This document shows positions 1 through 8,941 of a stretch of 64,000 nucleotides of DNA, piece after piece; the first letter of the stretch is position 1, and every line of letters begins with the position of its first letter. The stretch comes from a virus: positions 6,888 to 70,887 of the IMG/VR virus record IMGVR_UViG_3300043777_000102. One strand, written 5' to 3'. Under the pieces are notes generated by a model. It saw only the letters and a program-made list of their open reading frames with translations, was not told where the DNA came from and ran no database searches. Position numbers and translations under genes: made by a program.

Positions 1-67
1 GCTGGAGGCCAAGTTGGAGCGCATGGAGCGCCGGCAGGACACGCTGCGATCGTACGGCATGGCATAG
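1..67 (+). CDS. 3' end of an upstream CDS (partial)
   Basis: Open frame LEAKLERMERRQDTLRSYGMA ending TAG at 65-67, overlapping the next RBS (TAGGAG). Confidence 0.6.
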   Translation, partial: LEAKLERMERRQDTLRSYGMA

Positions 68-76
68 GAGAGCACA

Positions 77-418
77 GTGAGCGGCAGCGATTCCTGGGCA
101 CAGCTTTCGACGGCACAGCAGAACGAAATCCTCGCCTTCATGCCGATGTTCAGGTCGAACATCAGCGCATTGGCGATCTCGCTGCGGGTGCTGAACGAGT
201 ACATGAACCTATGGAACAACGGCGGCCTCTCGGCATTGGTCAGTGTCTTGGCGCCGTCGACGACGATCCCCGACACTACGGGATTGGCTGGAGCACAACC
301 TCTCCTAGCGTCGGATGTGACAGGCACCATGACCAGCGCGCAGGGCTTGCTCGCATCCTACTACGCCGCGGCGGATCTGGCGGAGTTCGTGAAGATCGCC
401 GGACCGCCGAACGTCTAG
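77..418 (+). CDS. Hypothetical virion-region protein
   Basis: GGAG RBS, GTG start, position in tail operon. Confidence 0.75.
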   Translation: MSGSDSWAQLSTAQQNEILAFMPMFRSNISALAISLRVLNEYMNLWNNGGLSALVSVLAPSTTIPDTTGLAGAQPLLASDVTGTMTSAQGLLASYYAAADLAEFVKIAGPPNV

Positions 419-421
419 CCA

Positions 422-1720
422 ATGGCCATCAACGCAACGGCTGTATGGCGGGTTCGGCCGAGTGGCTCCAACACAAACGGGGGTGGCTACGATGCCGGCA
501 TAGTTGGCGCCGGGACCGACTACTCGCAGCAGAACTCGGCACAGGCTAGTGGGACGCACGGGACTGCTACAGGCACCACGGCATTCAGCGATACTGTGGC
601 AGCGAACTTCACATCGGCGATGGTGGGGAACGCGCTCTATATAACTGGCACAGGATTGACAACTGGGTTTTACTTCTGCACCGCTTACAGCAGCGCCACC
701 GCCATTACTCTCGATCGTTCTCCCGGGACTGGCACGGTTGGGACTTGGCATCTTGGTGGCGGCTGGGCGGACTTCTGGACGAACACGACGAGCAGCGGTC
801 CGTTGGTGCCTGGAAACACTGTCTACATTCTCGGCAGCGGTGTGCCGAACCCATCATCCTATACCTATGATTATTCCCCATCGACCTACTTCACACCAGC
901 TTCCGGGTCGAGTACGACCGGCAGCATCACCTTCGCTGGCGATCCATCCACTCCGAACTACTCAACCGGCGGAATGCCTTGCATCAAGACGCAAGGGTTA
1001 CTATTCTTCAGCAACGCTTACATTATCATGCAGAGCCTATATTTTGTGTGCGCTGCGGCAAATTTTGGGTCTGATGGTATAGCCGGTGGCAATAGTGGTT
1101 CACTACAGGTAATAAAAAGCTGCGTTCTCGACCAGTTCGGATACGACGTTGCGCTTTCTGGGACAGGCTCCGGAGTTGCCGCACATATTTTTTCCTCTGA
1201 GGTATTCAGCTCCCAAGCCAAGGTATCGACGAACGCCAACTACGCTATCGGGTTGATCCAGGCCTATGGTTGTATCCTGCAAAATTGTAATATCCACGAT
1301 TGCATTGGCCCAGCGGTCACCATATCGAGAATGGCGAGTGTAACCGGAAATATCATCGCAAAGAATGGCGGGGTTGGGCTACTCATAAGCAATGGAGGGT
1401 CGAACTTTTTTCAGCATGTCAGCAACAACACGATCGACGCTAATGTTGGTAACGGGATAGAGTTCGACTCTCAACAGAGTCTGGCTGTAACAACCTGCAT
1501 TAACAACATCATCTCGGGACACGTAACGGCCTCGACCTATGGCCTGACGGTAGACTCTGGGACGGCTGCGGCGAACACCCTCGTGGCTCTGTTCTGCGAT
1601 TACAACACTTTCTACAACAACGCGACCAACTACAACGCCATTAGCGCAGGCCCGCACGACACGGCTCTCGGCACGACCCCTTACGTAGCCCAATCCACTG
1701 AAAACTACACGCTGGCATAG
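422..1720 (+). CDS. Right-handed parallel beta-helix protein (tailspike/depolymerase-like adsorption protein)
   Basis: Asn-ladder repeats (NCNIHDC, GNIIAKNGG, NNTIDANVGNG, NNIISG, YNTFYNN); S/T/G-rich N-terminus. Confidence 0.7.
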   Translation: MAINATAVWRVRPSGSNTNGGGYDAGIVGAGTDYSQQNSAQASGTHGTATGTTAFSDTVAANFTSAMVGNALYITGTGLTTGFYFCTAYSSATAITLDRSPGTGTVGTWHLGGGWADFWTNTTSSGPLVPGNTVYILGSGVPNPSSYTYDYSPSTYFTPASGSSTTGSITFAGDPSTPNYSTGGMPCIKTQGLLFFSNAYIIMQSLYFVCAAANFGSDGIAGGNSGSLQVIKSCVLDQFGYDVALSGTGSGVAAHIFSSEVFSSQAKVSTNANYAIGLIQAYGCILQNCNIHDCIGPAVTISRMASVTGNIIAKNGGVGLLISNGGSNFFQHVSNNTIDANVGNGIEFDSQQSLAVTTCINNIISGHVTASTYGLTVDSGTAAANTLVALFCDYNTFYNNATNYNAISAGPHDTALGTTPYVAQSTENYTLA

Positions 1721-2041
1721 ATGACCGTCCTCACACCCAGCAACGCCCTGCCGGGTGCACCGTTCCAGCAGCATCTCGCGAGCCAAACGACCACCGTTAC
1801 GTCCTACGTCTACCCCGGCGCGGTCCAGCCTCAATCCACATTGCCTGCGGTGCTGTCCTACACGAACGCGCTGCCGAATGCGCCCTTTCCACAGCACCTC
1901 GCCGGCCAGACCACGACCGTCCAGGCGTTCATTTTCCCTGGGGCGGTGCAGCCGAGCGCCGCTGGGGCTGCATTCACCTGGCTCGGCATGACGCCGCTGA
2001 GCGAGCCGATTCGCCTGAACCCGGAGATGGTGGGCTACTGA
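1721..2041 (+). CDS. Small virion protein with two NALP..PF.QHLA.QTTTV....PGAVQP repeats and a C-terminal PLSEP motif
   Basis: Internal duplication visible; in frame with the upstream gene across TAG-ATG. Confidence 0.7.
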   Translation: MTVLTPSNALPGAPFQQHLASQTTTVTSYVYPGAVQPQSTLPAVLSYTNALPNAPFPQHLAGQTTTVQAFIFPGAVQPSAAGAAFTWLGMTPLSEPIRLNPEMVGY

Positions 2042-2042
2042 G

Positions 2043-4913
2043 GTGGCCCGGACGCTTTACCAAATCCACGCTGAGCCGCAGCGCGCCTATAAGACGATCA
2101 CGTTCAATTCGTCGGGGCATTTCACGGTCCCGCAGGACTGGAACAACAACGACTTCACGATCGACGGGTGGGGGCCGGGTGGTAACTCGGCTGCTGGCAC
2201 CACGACGGGTGCCGGCGGCGCTGGCGGTTCTGGTGGGTGGTCGCGGCTCGACCCTCGGGTAACGCCGCACACCCTGATCCCGGGCACGACCTACCAGGTC
2301 GTCATCGGCGCGGCCGGGTCTGGCACCGCGACGTCGCTTGGTGCGCTGCTGGTTGCCAACGCGGGCGGCAACGCTTCGGGGATCACCGGCGGCACGGGCG
2401 CGACCGCGGGCACGGGGGACCAGACGCGGGCCGGCACGACGGGGGCGGCGGGTACCTCACTCCTCGTTGGTGGTGCCGGCGGCACAGGCGCCCCAGGGCC
2501 GCTCGGGTTGGGCGCGGCAGGAGGGGCCTCGGCAACCTCAAACACCGGTGGCAACGGCGGCGGCGGCGCGGACGGTGGTTCTGTTGGATCACAGTCGGCC
2601 ATCAACGTCGGGGGCAACGGGGGCAACAACGCATCGGGGGCCGGGAGCGGCGCTGGTGGGCCCAGCAACAACACCTCCGGGTCTCCCGGCACGCTCGGCG
2701 GCGGCGGTGGGGGCGCTGGCGCCGGGGGTGCTGGCGTCGGTGGCATCGGCAGCGCGGCAGCGTCGGGCGCCGGGTCGGGCGGCGGTGGTGGAGCGGACAG
2801 CGGATCGACCTCCAACCACGGTGGAGCGGCCGGCGGCTATGGCGCGTCTGGTGGCGCTGGCGGCGCGGGCACGACCTCGGGTGGCGCTGCCGGTGCGTCC
2901 GCCGCCGGCGGCATCATCATCACGTACCTGCCGACGACGAACCAAGAGTTCACCGTCGCGAGTTGGTCGCCGGTCCTCGACATCCCGCAGATGCAGCCGG
3001 TCGGCTTGCGGGCGTGGCTGCAAGAGTTCGGGACCGGCCAGCCTGTAATACCGCCGGCGTCGCTGCCGCGGCTTGGCTGGCGCGAGCCGCTGTCCGAGCC
3101 ACCGGTTCGGCCGTGGCTTCTGGCTGCCCAGCAGCAGGTGTGGGGCGGCCCGGTCGCGCCCGCAACAGTTGTCGTTACCGTCAACCTTGGTTGGTTTGAG
3201 CCGCTGTCTGAGCCGGTGCGGCTCCCTGCCGCGCTGCCCGCCAGCGAGCAGAGGGCCGATACCGAGCCTGTGCGGCCACCGCAGCCCCCCGTCCAGTTCT
3301 ACGAGCCGCTGTCGGAGCCCTACCCGGCGACGCGCGGGCTCCCAGCGACTGAGCAACAGGCATGGGCCGGGCCGATCGCTCCACCGCAGCCGCCGGCGCA
3401 GTTCTTCGAGGCGCTGAGCGAGCCTGTCCGTCAGCCGGTCGCGCTACCTGCCGATCAGCAGCAGTTCGCTGCGGCACCCGTCGCGCCGCCTGTCGCGCCT
3501 CTGTTCCCACATGAGCCGCTCAGTGAGCCGACGCCGCGGCCGTGGTTGCTGACCGCACAACAGCAGGCCTGGACAGGACCAATCGCTCCGGTCAGCGCCG
3601 CGGTCACGGTCAGCATTGGCTGGTACGGTCCGCTGTCCGAGCCGGTCCGGTTCGCCTCGTTCCTGACGGCCTGGCACGTCGCCGCGGCCGGCCCTGTGGC
3701 GCCCCCGCAGCCGCCCGCTCAGTTTTTTGAGCCACTATCGGAACCGCCCGGCAGACCGTGGCTCCCAGCGGCTCAGCAGATTGCCTGGACAGGACCGCAG
3801 ATCGCGCCGGCCGCGCCCGCACCGGCGATCAAATATGAACCGTTGTCCGAACCGCCCCTGCGGCCATGGCTGCTTCCGGCGCAGCAACAGGCGTGGACCG
3901 GCCCGGCGACTAAGCCGATCTACCCGGTCAAGCTCTACCCGCCGCTCAATGAGCCGCCGACACGACCCTGGCTGCCGGTCACTCAGCAGCGCGCCTACAC
4001 CGGGCCAGAACTGTCGCAACCGAACAAGGTGCCCCCGCTCGGCTGGTTGGTTGGTCTGAGCGAACCTGTCCGTCAGCCGCTTGGATTGCTCGCCTGCCAG
4101 CAGCTTGTGTGGGCCAGCGAGATCATCATCCCGCCGCCGCCGGAGCCAGTCACGCCGCCGACGCTCGGCTCTTGGCGCGGCCAAGTCGGGATCAACTGGC
4201 TCGGGATGGCGCTGGTGGGTGACGCGTACACCGGCGTGATGGGTCTGTCGGACTTCGGCTCATTCACCGAGTACGGCAACACCATGCGGTTGCTGGTGAC
4301 GAGCCCGCCGATCCACGAGGACCGCAGGCGCGTTTTCATCCGCCGGTTCGAGGTCGATGTGCAGAGCGGCGTCGGCACCGCAGCGGTCACGCAGTCGCGT
4401 GGTGGGCCCGGGCCAGTGTCGATCATGGTGTCATGGAGCGCGGTGCCGACGCCGCCGTCCCCGGTCACCGTTCTGTCCTACACGCTGCAATGGTCGCCAC
4501 ATGGGTTGAACCAGTGGCAGACGATCACCGGCCTCGGGCTGACCGCGACGATCAGCAACCTGACGTCAGGTGCGACCTACGACTTCCAGGTGGCGGCGCT
4601 CTACAGCAACGGCCAAGGGCCTTGGTCATCTATCGCCATTGGCGGCCCATGCCTCGGCGCGCCGGCGGGCACCTTCACGATCCCGGCGGCGACCAACCCC
4701 AACCTGATGCTGGACTGGTCCGGCAATGGCGGCATGACCTGGAGCGAACAGAACATCTGGCGGCAGATGGGCGCCGTCGGGCAGTACAAGCGCCGCCTGC
4801 GGTGGCTGAATCTCGGGCAGTCGCGGTCCTGGGTGCTGCGTTTGACCTGCACGGACCCGGTGCGCCGTGCGATCATCGGCACCTATCTCGACGTCGGCGT
4901 GGGAGGGATGTGA
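2043..4913 (+). CDS. Large tail appendage protein: Gly-rich domain, ~10 EPLSEP Pro-rich repeats, P22 gp10-like C-terminal module with inserted FN3 domain
   Basis: Gly-rich stretch; repeats; motifs FTEYGNTMRLLVTSPPI and NPNLMLDWSGNGGMTWS..MGAVGQYKRRLRWLNLG..TDPV; FN3 signature (SYTLQW..LTSGATYDFQVAA). Confidence 0.7.
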   Translation: MARTLYQIHAEPQRAYKTITFNSSGHFTVPQDWNNNDFTIDGWGPGGNSAAGTTTGAGGAGGSGGWSRLDPRVTPHTLIPGTTYQVVIGAAGSGTATSLGALLVANAGGNASGITGGTGATAGTGDQTRAGTTGAAGTSLLVGGAGGTGAPGPLGLGAAGGASATSNTGGNGGGGADGGSVGSQSAINVGGNGGNNASGAGSGAGGPSNNTSGSPGTLGGGGGGAGAGGAGVGGIGSAAASGAGSGGGGGADSGSTSNHGGAAGGYGASGGAGGAGTTSGGAAGASAAGGIIITYLPTTNQEFTVASWSPVLDIPQMQPVGLRAWLQEFGTGQPVIPPASLPRLGWREPLSEPPVRPWLLAAQQQVWGGPVAPATVVVTVNLGWFEPLSEPVRLPAALPASEQRADTEPVRPPQPPVQFYEPLSEPYPATRGLPATEQQAWAGPIAPPQPPAQFFEALSEPVRQPVALPADQQQFAAAPVAPPVAPLFPHEPLSEPTPRPWLLTAQQQAWTGPIAPVSAAVTVSIGWYGPLSEPVRFASFLTAWHVAAAGPVAPPQPPAQFFEPLSEPPGRPWLPAAQQIAWTGPQIAPAAPAPAIKYEPLSEPPLRPWLLPAQQQAWTGPATKPIYPVKLYPPLNEPPTRPWLPVTQQRAYTGPELSQPNKVPPLGWLVGLSEPVRQPLGLLACQQLVWASEIIIPPPPEPVTPPTLGSWRGQVGINWLGMALVGDAYTGVMGLSDFGSFTEYGNTMRLLVTSPPIHEDRRRVFIRRFEVDVQSGVGTAAVTQSRGGPGPVSIMVSWSAVPTPPSPVTVLSYTLQWSPHGLNQWQTITGLGLTATISNLTSGATYDFQVAALYSNGQGPWSSIAIGGPCLGAPAGTFTIPAATNPNLMLDWSGNGGMTWSEQNIWRQMGAVGQYKRRLRWLNLGQSRSWVLRLTCTDPVRRAIIGTYLDVGVGGM

Positions 4914-4916
4914 GCC

Positions 4917-6131
4917 GTGGGCGCGTTCAGTGGGCACCAATACTGGGGCATCACCACCACTGCGACCGGTGGGAACACGCCAGTTTCCATCGGGTCGGTT
5001 GCATTTCGCGTTACGTCGGGCGGCGCATCGCAGACTATGGGGCCGGCTGCATCCGCGGAGATATCAGGCTCCGACGGCATGGCGTATCAGGCCTTTGACG
5101 GCAGCTCGACGACCTGGTGGGTCACTAGTTCCGGGACGCAGTGGATCGGCTGGTATTTCGGCGCGCTGGGCGCGCAGGTCGTCTACGAGTTCGCGGTCAC
5201 GGTGCCGAGCACGGGATTTGCGTACGACTTCGGGCCGGGCACGTTCAACCTCGACTATTCGGATGACGGATCGAGCTGGACCACGGGCGCCTCGTTTAGC
5301 GGCATCACATGGTCATCCGGGCAGACGCAGACCTTCGCCACCGGCGCCGCGTCGGCGCACCTGTACTGGCGCATCAACACCAGCGCAACGCAGGAGGGTG
5401 TGGGGTCGGCCATCTACATCGCTAACATCGCGCTGCACGCCACGTCCGGAGGGGCGAACCTAGTTCAAGGGACGGCGACCGCCACCAGCGTCCTGACCAA
5501 TTCCAACACCGATTCCGCATCAAGCGCGGCGGAGTTCGCGCCGGTCGTGGGCTCGTGGCAGGCCAACACCGGTGTCTCGGCAGCGTCCTGGTATTACAAC
5601 TTCGGCGCCGGTCTGACGCCCAATATCGTCGAGGTCGCTATGACCGGCGCCGGAGGGGCAAACGCAAACGACTCGCAGAGCCCGACCGCATTTTCGGTGA
5701 TCTACTCCGACGACGGCGTGACCTGGTACACGGCCTATTCCTTTTCTGGCGTCACCTGGTCATCGAAGTATCAGGTCCGAGTATTCGACATTCCGCAGCC
5801 GCCGAACACACCCGTTGATCTGTCCGTCGGAAGCGCCACAAACGCAAGCCTGACGGCCTCATGGGTGGACGGCGGCGGGGGGACGACCGTTTCCTATACG
5901 CTGCAATACCGCGTGACCGGCACGGGGCCGTGGACGCAGATCACTGGAATTGTCGGGCTGAGCCAGTACGTCTTTCCGCTCCTGTCGGGGACCGAGTACG
6001 ACTTCCAGGTGCAAGCGGTGAACGCGGCGGGCAGCAGCGCCTTCACCGCGACGGTCAACGGCACTACGCTCGCCTTCACACCGGTCTACCCGACGAATCT
6101 CGCGACCGCCTGCGTGGTCCCCGTTGGCTGA
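4917..6131 (+). CDS. Tandem discoidin/galactose-binding-like domains plus C-terminal FN3 (putative carbohydrate-binding virion protein)
   Basis: Two copies of F...YSDDG..W....FSG.TWS; AFDG..TTWW motif; FN3 (SYTLQYR..LLSGTEYDFQVQAVN). Confidence 0.65.
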   Translation: MGAFSGHQYWGITTTATGGNTPVSIGSVAFRVTSGGASQTMGPAASAEISGSDGMAYQAFDGSSTTWWVTSSGTQWIGWYFGALGAQVVYEFAVTVPSTGFAYDFGPGTFNLDYSDDGSSWTTGASFSGITWSSGQTQTFATGAASAHLYWRINTSATQEGVGSAIYIANIALHATSGGANLVQGTATATSVLTNSNTDSASSAAEFAPVVGSWQANTGVSAASWYYNFGAGLTPNIVEVAMTGAGGANANDSQSPTAFSVIYSDDGVTWYTAYSFSGVTWSSKYQVRVFDIPQPPNTPVDLSVGSATNASLTASWVDGGGGTTVSYTLQYRVTGTGPWTQITGIVGLSQYVFPLLSGTEYDFQVQAVNAAGSSAFTATVNGTTLAFTPVYPTNLATACVVPVG

Positions 6132-7104
6132 TCTCGGTTACATCTCCTGGTTCGAGCCGCTCAGCCTGCCAGTGCGGCAGGTTCCGGGGCTCCCCGCGGT
6201 CGAGCAGCTTGCGTTTGCCCGCGGCTTCTACCCGCTGCCGGCGCCCTATTTGCCGTCGTGGTTCGAGGCGCTGTCCGAGCCGCGGCGCTACCCGCCGATC
6301 CTGATCCCGGGCCAGCAGCGCTTCGACTTCCGGCCGATCGCCGCGCCGCCGATCTCGGCGCCTGGAGTGCCCATCGACCTCTATGGGACGCCGGTCGCGA
6401 CCTCGATCAACGTGTTCTGGACGCCGGGCGGCGGGGACGCATGGACCAGCTTCACGCTGCAATGGCGGCTGCTCGGCGCGTCGTCATGGAACACCGTCAC
6501 CGGCATCCTGACGACGTCATACGTCATCACTGGGCTGACCGCGGATACCAGCTACCAGATCCAGGTCGAGGCGCTGAACACGGCTGGCGCCAGCGCGTTC
6601 GCCGGGCCGATCACGGTCACTACCCTGACGCCACCGTCGCCGGTCCAGGTGCCGACGCTTGGGGCCTGGCGCGGGGTCTGCGGAATCAACTGGCTGGGCT
6701 TCGCGCTGGTGGGAGACGGCTTCTCCAATGTGCTCGGCCGGTCCGACTTCGCCAACTTCACGGAGTACGGGAACACCATGCGGCTCCTGGTCACGTCGCC
6801 GCCGATCCAGGGCAACCGATACCGGATGTTCATCCGCAAATTCGAGGTAGAGGTCCAGGCCGGCGTGGGCGATACCGCGGCGCCGAACCCGCAGATGATG
6901 CTCGACTACTCGCGCGACGCCGGGGAGACCTTCGGGCCGCTGATCATCTGGCGGTCCATGGGCGTGACCGGCGACTACACAGCGCGGCTTCGGTGGCTGT
7001 CGCTCGGCTCGTCGCGCGAGTGGGTGCTTCGGCTGACATGCACCGATCCGGTCAGGCGCGCTATCATCGGGACGTATCTGGACGCCAAGGAGGGCACCGG
7101 CTGA
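6124..7104 (+). CDS. EPLSEP repeats + FN3 + second P22 gp10-like C-terminal module
   Basis: C-terminal ~150 aa paralogous to the end of 2043-4913; TTG start overlapping the upstream gene. Confidence 0.7.
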   Translation: MADLGYISWFEPLSLPVRQVPGLPAVEQLAFARGFYPLPAPYLPSWFEALSEPRRYPPILIPGQQRFDFRPIAAPPISAPGVPIDLYGTPVATSINVFWTPGGGDAWTSFTLQWRLLGASSWNTVTGILTTSYVITGLTADTSYQIQVEALNTAGASAFAGPITVTTLTPPSPVQVPTLGAWRGVCGINWLGFALVGDGFSNVLGRSDFANFTEYGNTMRLLVTSPPIQGNRYRMFIRKFEVEVQAGVGDTAAPNPQMMLDYSRDAGETFGPLIIWRSMGVTGDYTARLRWLSLGSSREWVLRLTCTDPVRRAIIGTYLDAKEGTG

Positions 7105-7286
7105 TGGGCACTGCAGCGGATCGAGATGCCGCCATTCGGCGCGCGCTCATGCGAGAGGCTCACCGAATGGTCTGGGAATGTCGTGGACGTGCCGCGAGAT
7201 GTCGCTTGGGGTACTGGGTTGCATTGGCCCGCTACGCCCTGGCGAGAATGGAGCGGGGCCTCTGGCGCACGCTGACGGGCTGCTGA
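7104..7286 (+). CDS. Small basic hypothetical protein
   Basis: TGATG coupling at both ends (MGTAADRDAAIRR...). Confidence 0.5.
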   Translation: MGTAADRDAAIRRALMREAHRMVWECRGRAARCRLGYWVALARYALARMERGLWRTLTGC

Positions 7287-7501
7287 TGTCCACCACGACC
7301 AGCACGCCGCAGACCCAGCCGCCGCAGGGCCAGCCAATCGCGGACACGACGACCGGCAACCCGACGATGCAGATGGTCCAGTGGATGCAGCGCATCCAGA
7401 ACCAAGTGAACTTCCTCACGGCGCAGAACACGTCGCTCCAGGCTGCGGTGACCGCGTTGCAGAGTCCCGCGGCCGGCAGCGTCACGACCGGGACCGGCTG
7501 A
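7286..7501 (+). CDS. Short coiled-coil virion protein, possible tail needle/plug (gp26 position)
   Basis: PIADTTTGNPT..MVQW then heptad coiled coil; follows the gp10-like gene. Confidence 0.55.
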   Translation: MSTTTSTPQTQPPQGQPIADTTTGNPTMQMVQWMQRIQNQVNFLTAQNTSLQAAVTALQSPAAGSVTTGTG

Positions 7502-7578
7502 CAGCGTTGGCGCGCGGCGCGATCCCGCGCTATCGTGCGTGAGAGGCCCAGCAGCGCCCACACCGCCGGAGCGCCGCG

Positions 7579-8166
7579 ATGGCTGCCTTGCCCCCCTGCC
7601 TGGTGATCGGGACGCCGCGTAGCCGCACGGCATGGCTGAGCGCCTTCCTGAGCACACCTGAGCGGCCTTTCGTCCATGAGCCGTCGGTGCACTGGAAGGG
7701 ACTGGGCGACCTGTACGGCTTCCTCGACGGCGCCGGGTGCGCCAGCGACTCGGGCCTGACCCTGTTCTGGAAAGAGGCTGTGGCGCACCGGCCCGACACG
7801 CGGCTGATCGTAGTGCGGCGCGACCCTGTCGCCGTGACGGCGAGCTTCCTGCGGATCGGCTTCCCGGCTCAGCAGAAGATGGACCTGTACCAAGGCGTCT
7901 ATCGCATCTGGCGCGAGGCCGTGGTCGCCTCAGCGCACCACTATGCGATGACCGTGCCGTTCAACAACATGCGGAGAGCGAGCATCTGCGGCGCGATCTA
8001 CCGGCAGGCGCACTGGACGAAGGCGCCGCGGGGCTACGTTGGTCCCTGGCTCGGGCAGAACATCCAAGCTGACATGGCGACGCAGTTGGCCGCGGCGGCT
8101 GCCAACGCGACCGGCTTCCCGGCGCTCCTGCAAGCCCGACTGCATCCCGTGATGGAGGCGGCCTGA
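7579..8166 (+). CDS. Sulfotransferase-like P-loop protein
   Basis: N-terminal LVIGTPRSRTAWLS..FVHEP and IVVRRDP..V.ASF, resembling PAPS-binding motifs. Confidence 0.6.
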   Translation: MAALPPCLVIGTPRSRTAWLSAFLSTPERPFVHEPSVHWKGLGDLYGFLDGAGCASDSGLTLFWKEAVAHRPDTRLIVVRRDPVAVTASFLRIGFPAQQKMDLYQGVYRIWREAVVASAHHYAMTVPFNNMRRASICGAIYRQAHWTKAPRGYVGPWLGQNIQADMATQLAAAAANATGFPALLQARLHPVMEAA

Positions 8167-8167
8167 C

Positions 8168-8941
8168 ATGCCCTGGATCGGTGGCGCGATCGCGGCTGGC
8201 GGGTCACTGCTCAGCGGCATCATGGGATCAAATGCGGCGAACAAGGCCGCACAGGAGGAGGTCGCCCAGCAGCAGCAGGCCCTCCAATTCCAGCAGAGCG
8301 TGTACGGCCAGACCGTCCAGAACCTCTCGCCCTACGTCGCCAGCGGCAACACGGCGCTGCAATCCGTCATGGGACTGCTCGGCCTCGGCGGCACCGGGCA
8401 GAACGCCAATGCAGCGACCGCATTCAAGGGCTTCACCGGCACGCCGTTCTACCAATTCCCGTTGCAGCAGGGGAACCTCGCGCTGAACCGGCAGCTCGCG
8501 TCGGCAGGCCTGACCGGCTCGGGTGCGGCGCTCAAGGACGCGACGGCGTACAACCAAGGCTACGCCAGCCAGGGCCTCGGGTCGTACCTGCAGCAGCTTC
8601 TTGGCCTGTCGAACCAGGGCGAGAACGCGGCGGCGCTGCAAGGAAGCCAGGGAAATGTGGCGAGCGGCACCCTGGCAAGCCTTCTGACAGGCATCGGCCA
8701 GTCGCAGGCGTCGGGGACCATGGGGTCGTTTAACGCCTTGAACCAAGGATTCCAGGGCGCCTCCGGATCGCTGCTCGGCAACAACAACGGCACGATTGGC
8801 GGCCCTAACAGCGCCATTGGCAGCCTTTTCAGTCAGATCGGTGGTCTGTTCTCGCCGCAGTCCGGGTCGGCCTACCAGATGCTGCCAGCCGCACAGAACC
8901 CAAGCTATGGGGGCGCCGCACCGGCGGGCGGTCTGACGTGA
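8168..8941 (+). CDS. DNA ejection/pilot protein (P22 gp7-like)
   Basis: Gly/Ala hydrophobic N-terminus, Q-rich coil, LSPYV..G..AL and TPFYQF..QQG motifs; synteny. Confidence 0.7.
   Translation: MPWIGGAIAAGGSLLSGIMGSNAANKAAQEEVAQQQQALQFQQSVYGQTVQNLSPYVASGNTALQSVMGLLGLGGTGQNANAATAFKGFTGTPFYQFPLQQGNLALNRQLASAGLTGSGAALKDATAYNQGYASQGLGSYLQQLLGLSNQGENAAALQGSQGNVASGTLASLLTGIGQSQASGTMGSFNALNQGFQGASGSLLGNNNGTIGGPNSAIGSLFSQIGGLFSPQSGSAYQMLPAAQNPSYGGAAPAGGLT

Noticed and set aside
2200-2920. Collagen-like triple helix
   Set aside because: Gly-rich but without sustained Gly-X-Y periodicity.
3070-4120. CRISPR- or guide-array interpretation of the recurring GAGCCGCTGTCCGAGCC DNA repeat
   Set aside because: Repeats are degenerate at synonymous positions, in frame within a CDS, and no cas genes are present.
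4150-7104. Diversity-generating retroelement TR/VR pair or invertible tail switch
   Set aside because: Differences are not adenine-specific, both copies are coding and co-oriented, and no reverse transcriptase or invertase is in the window.
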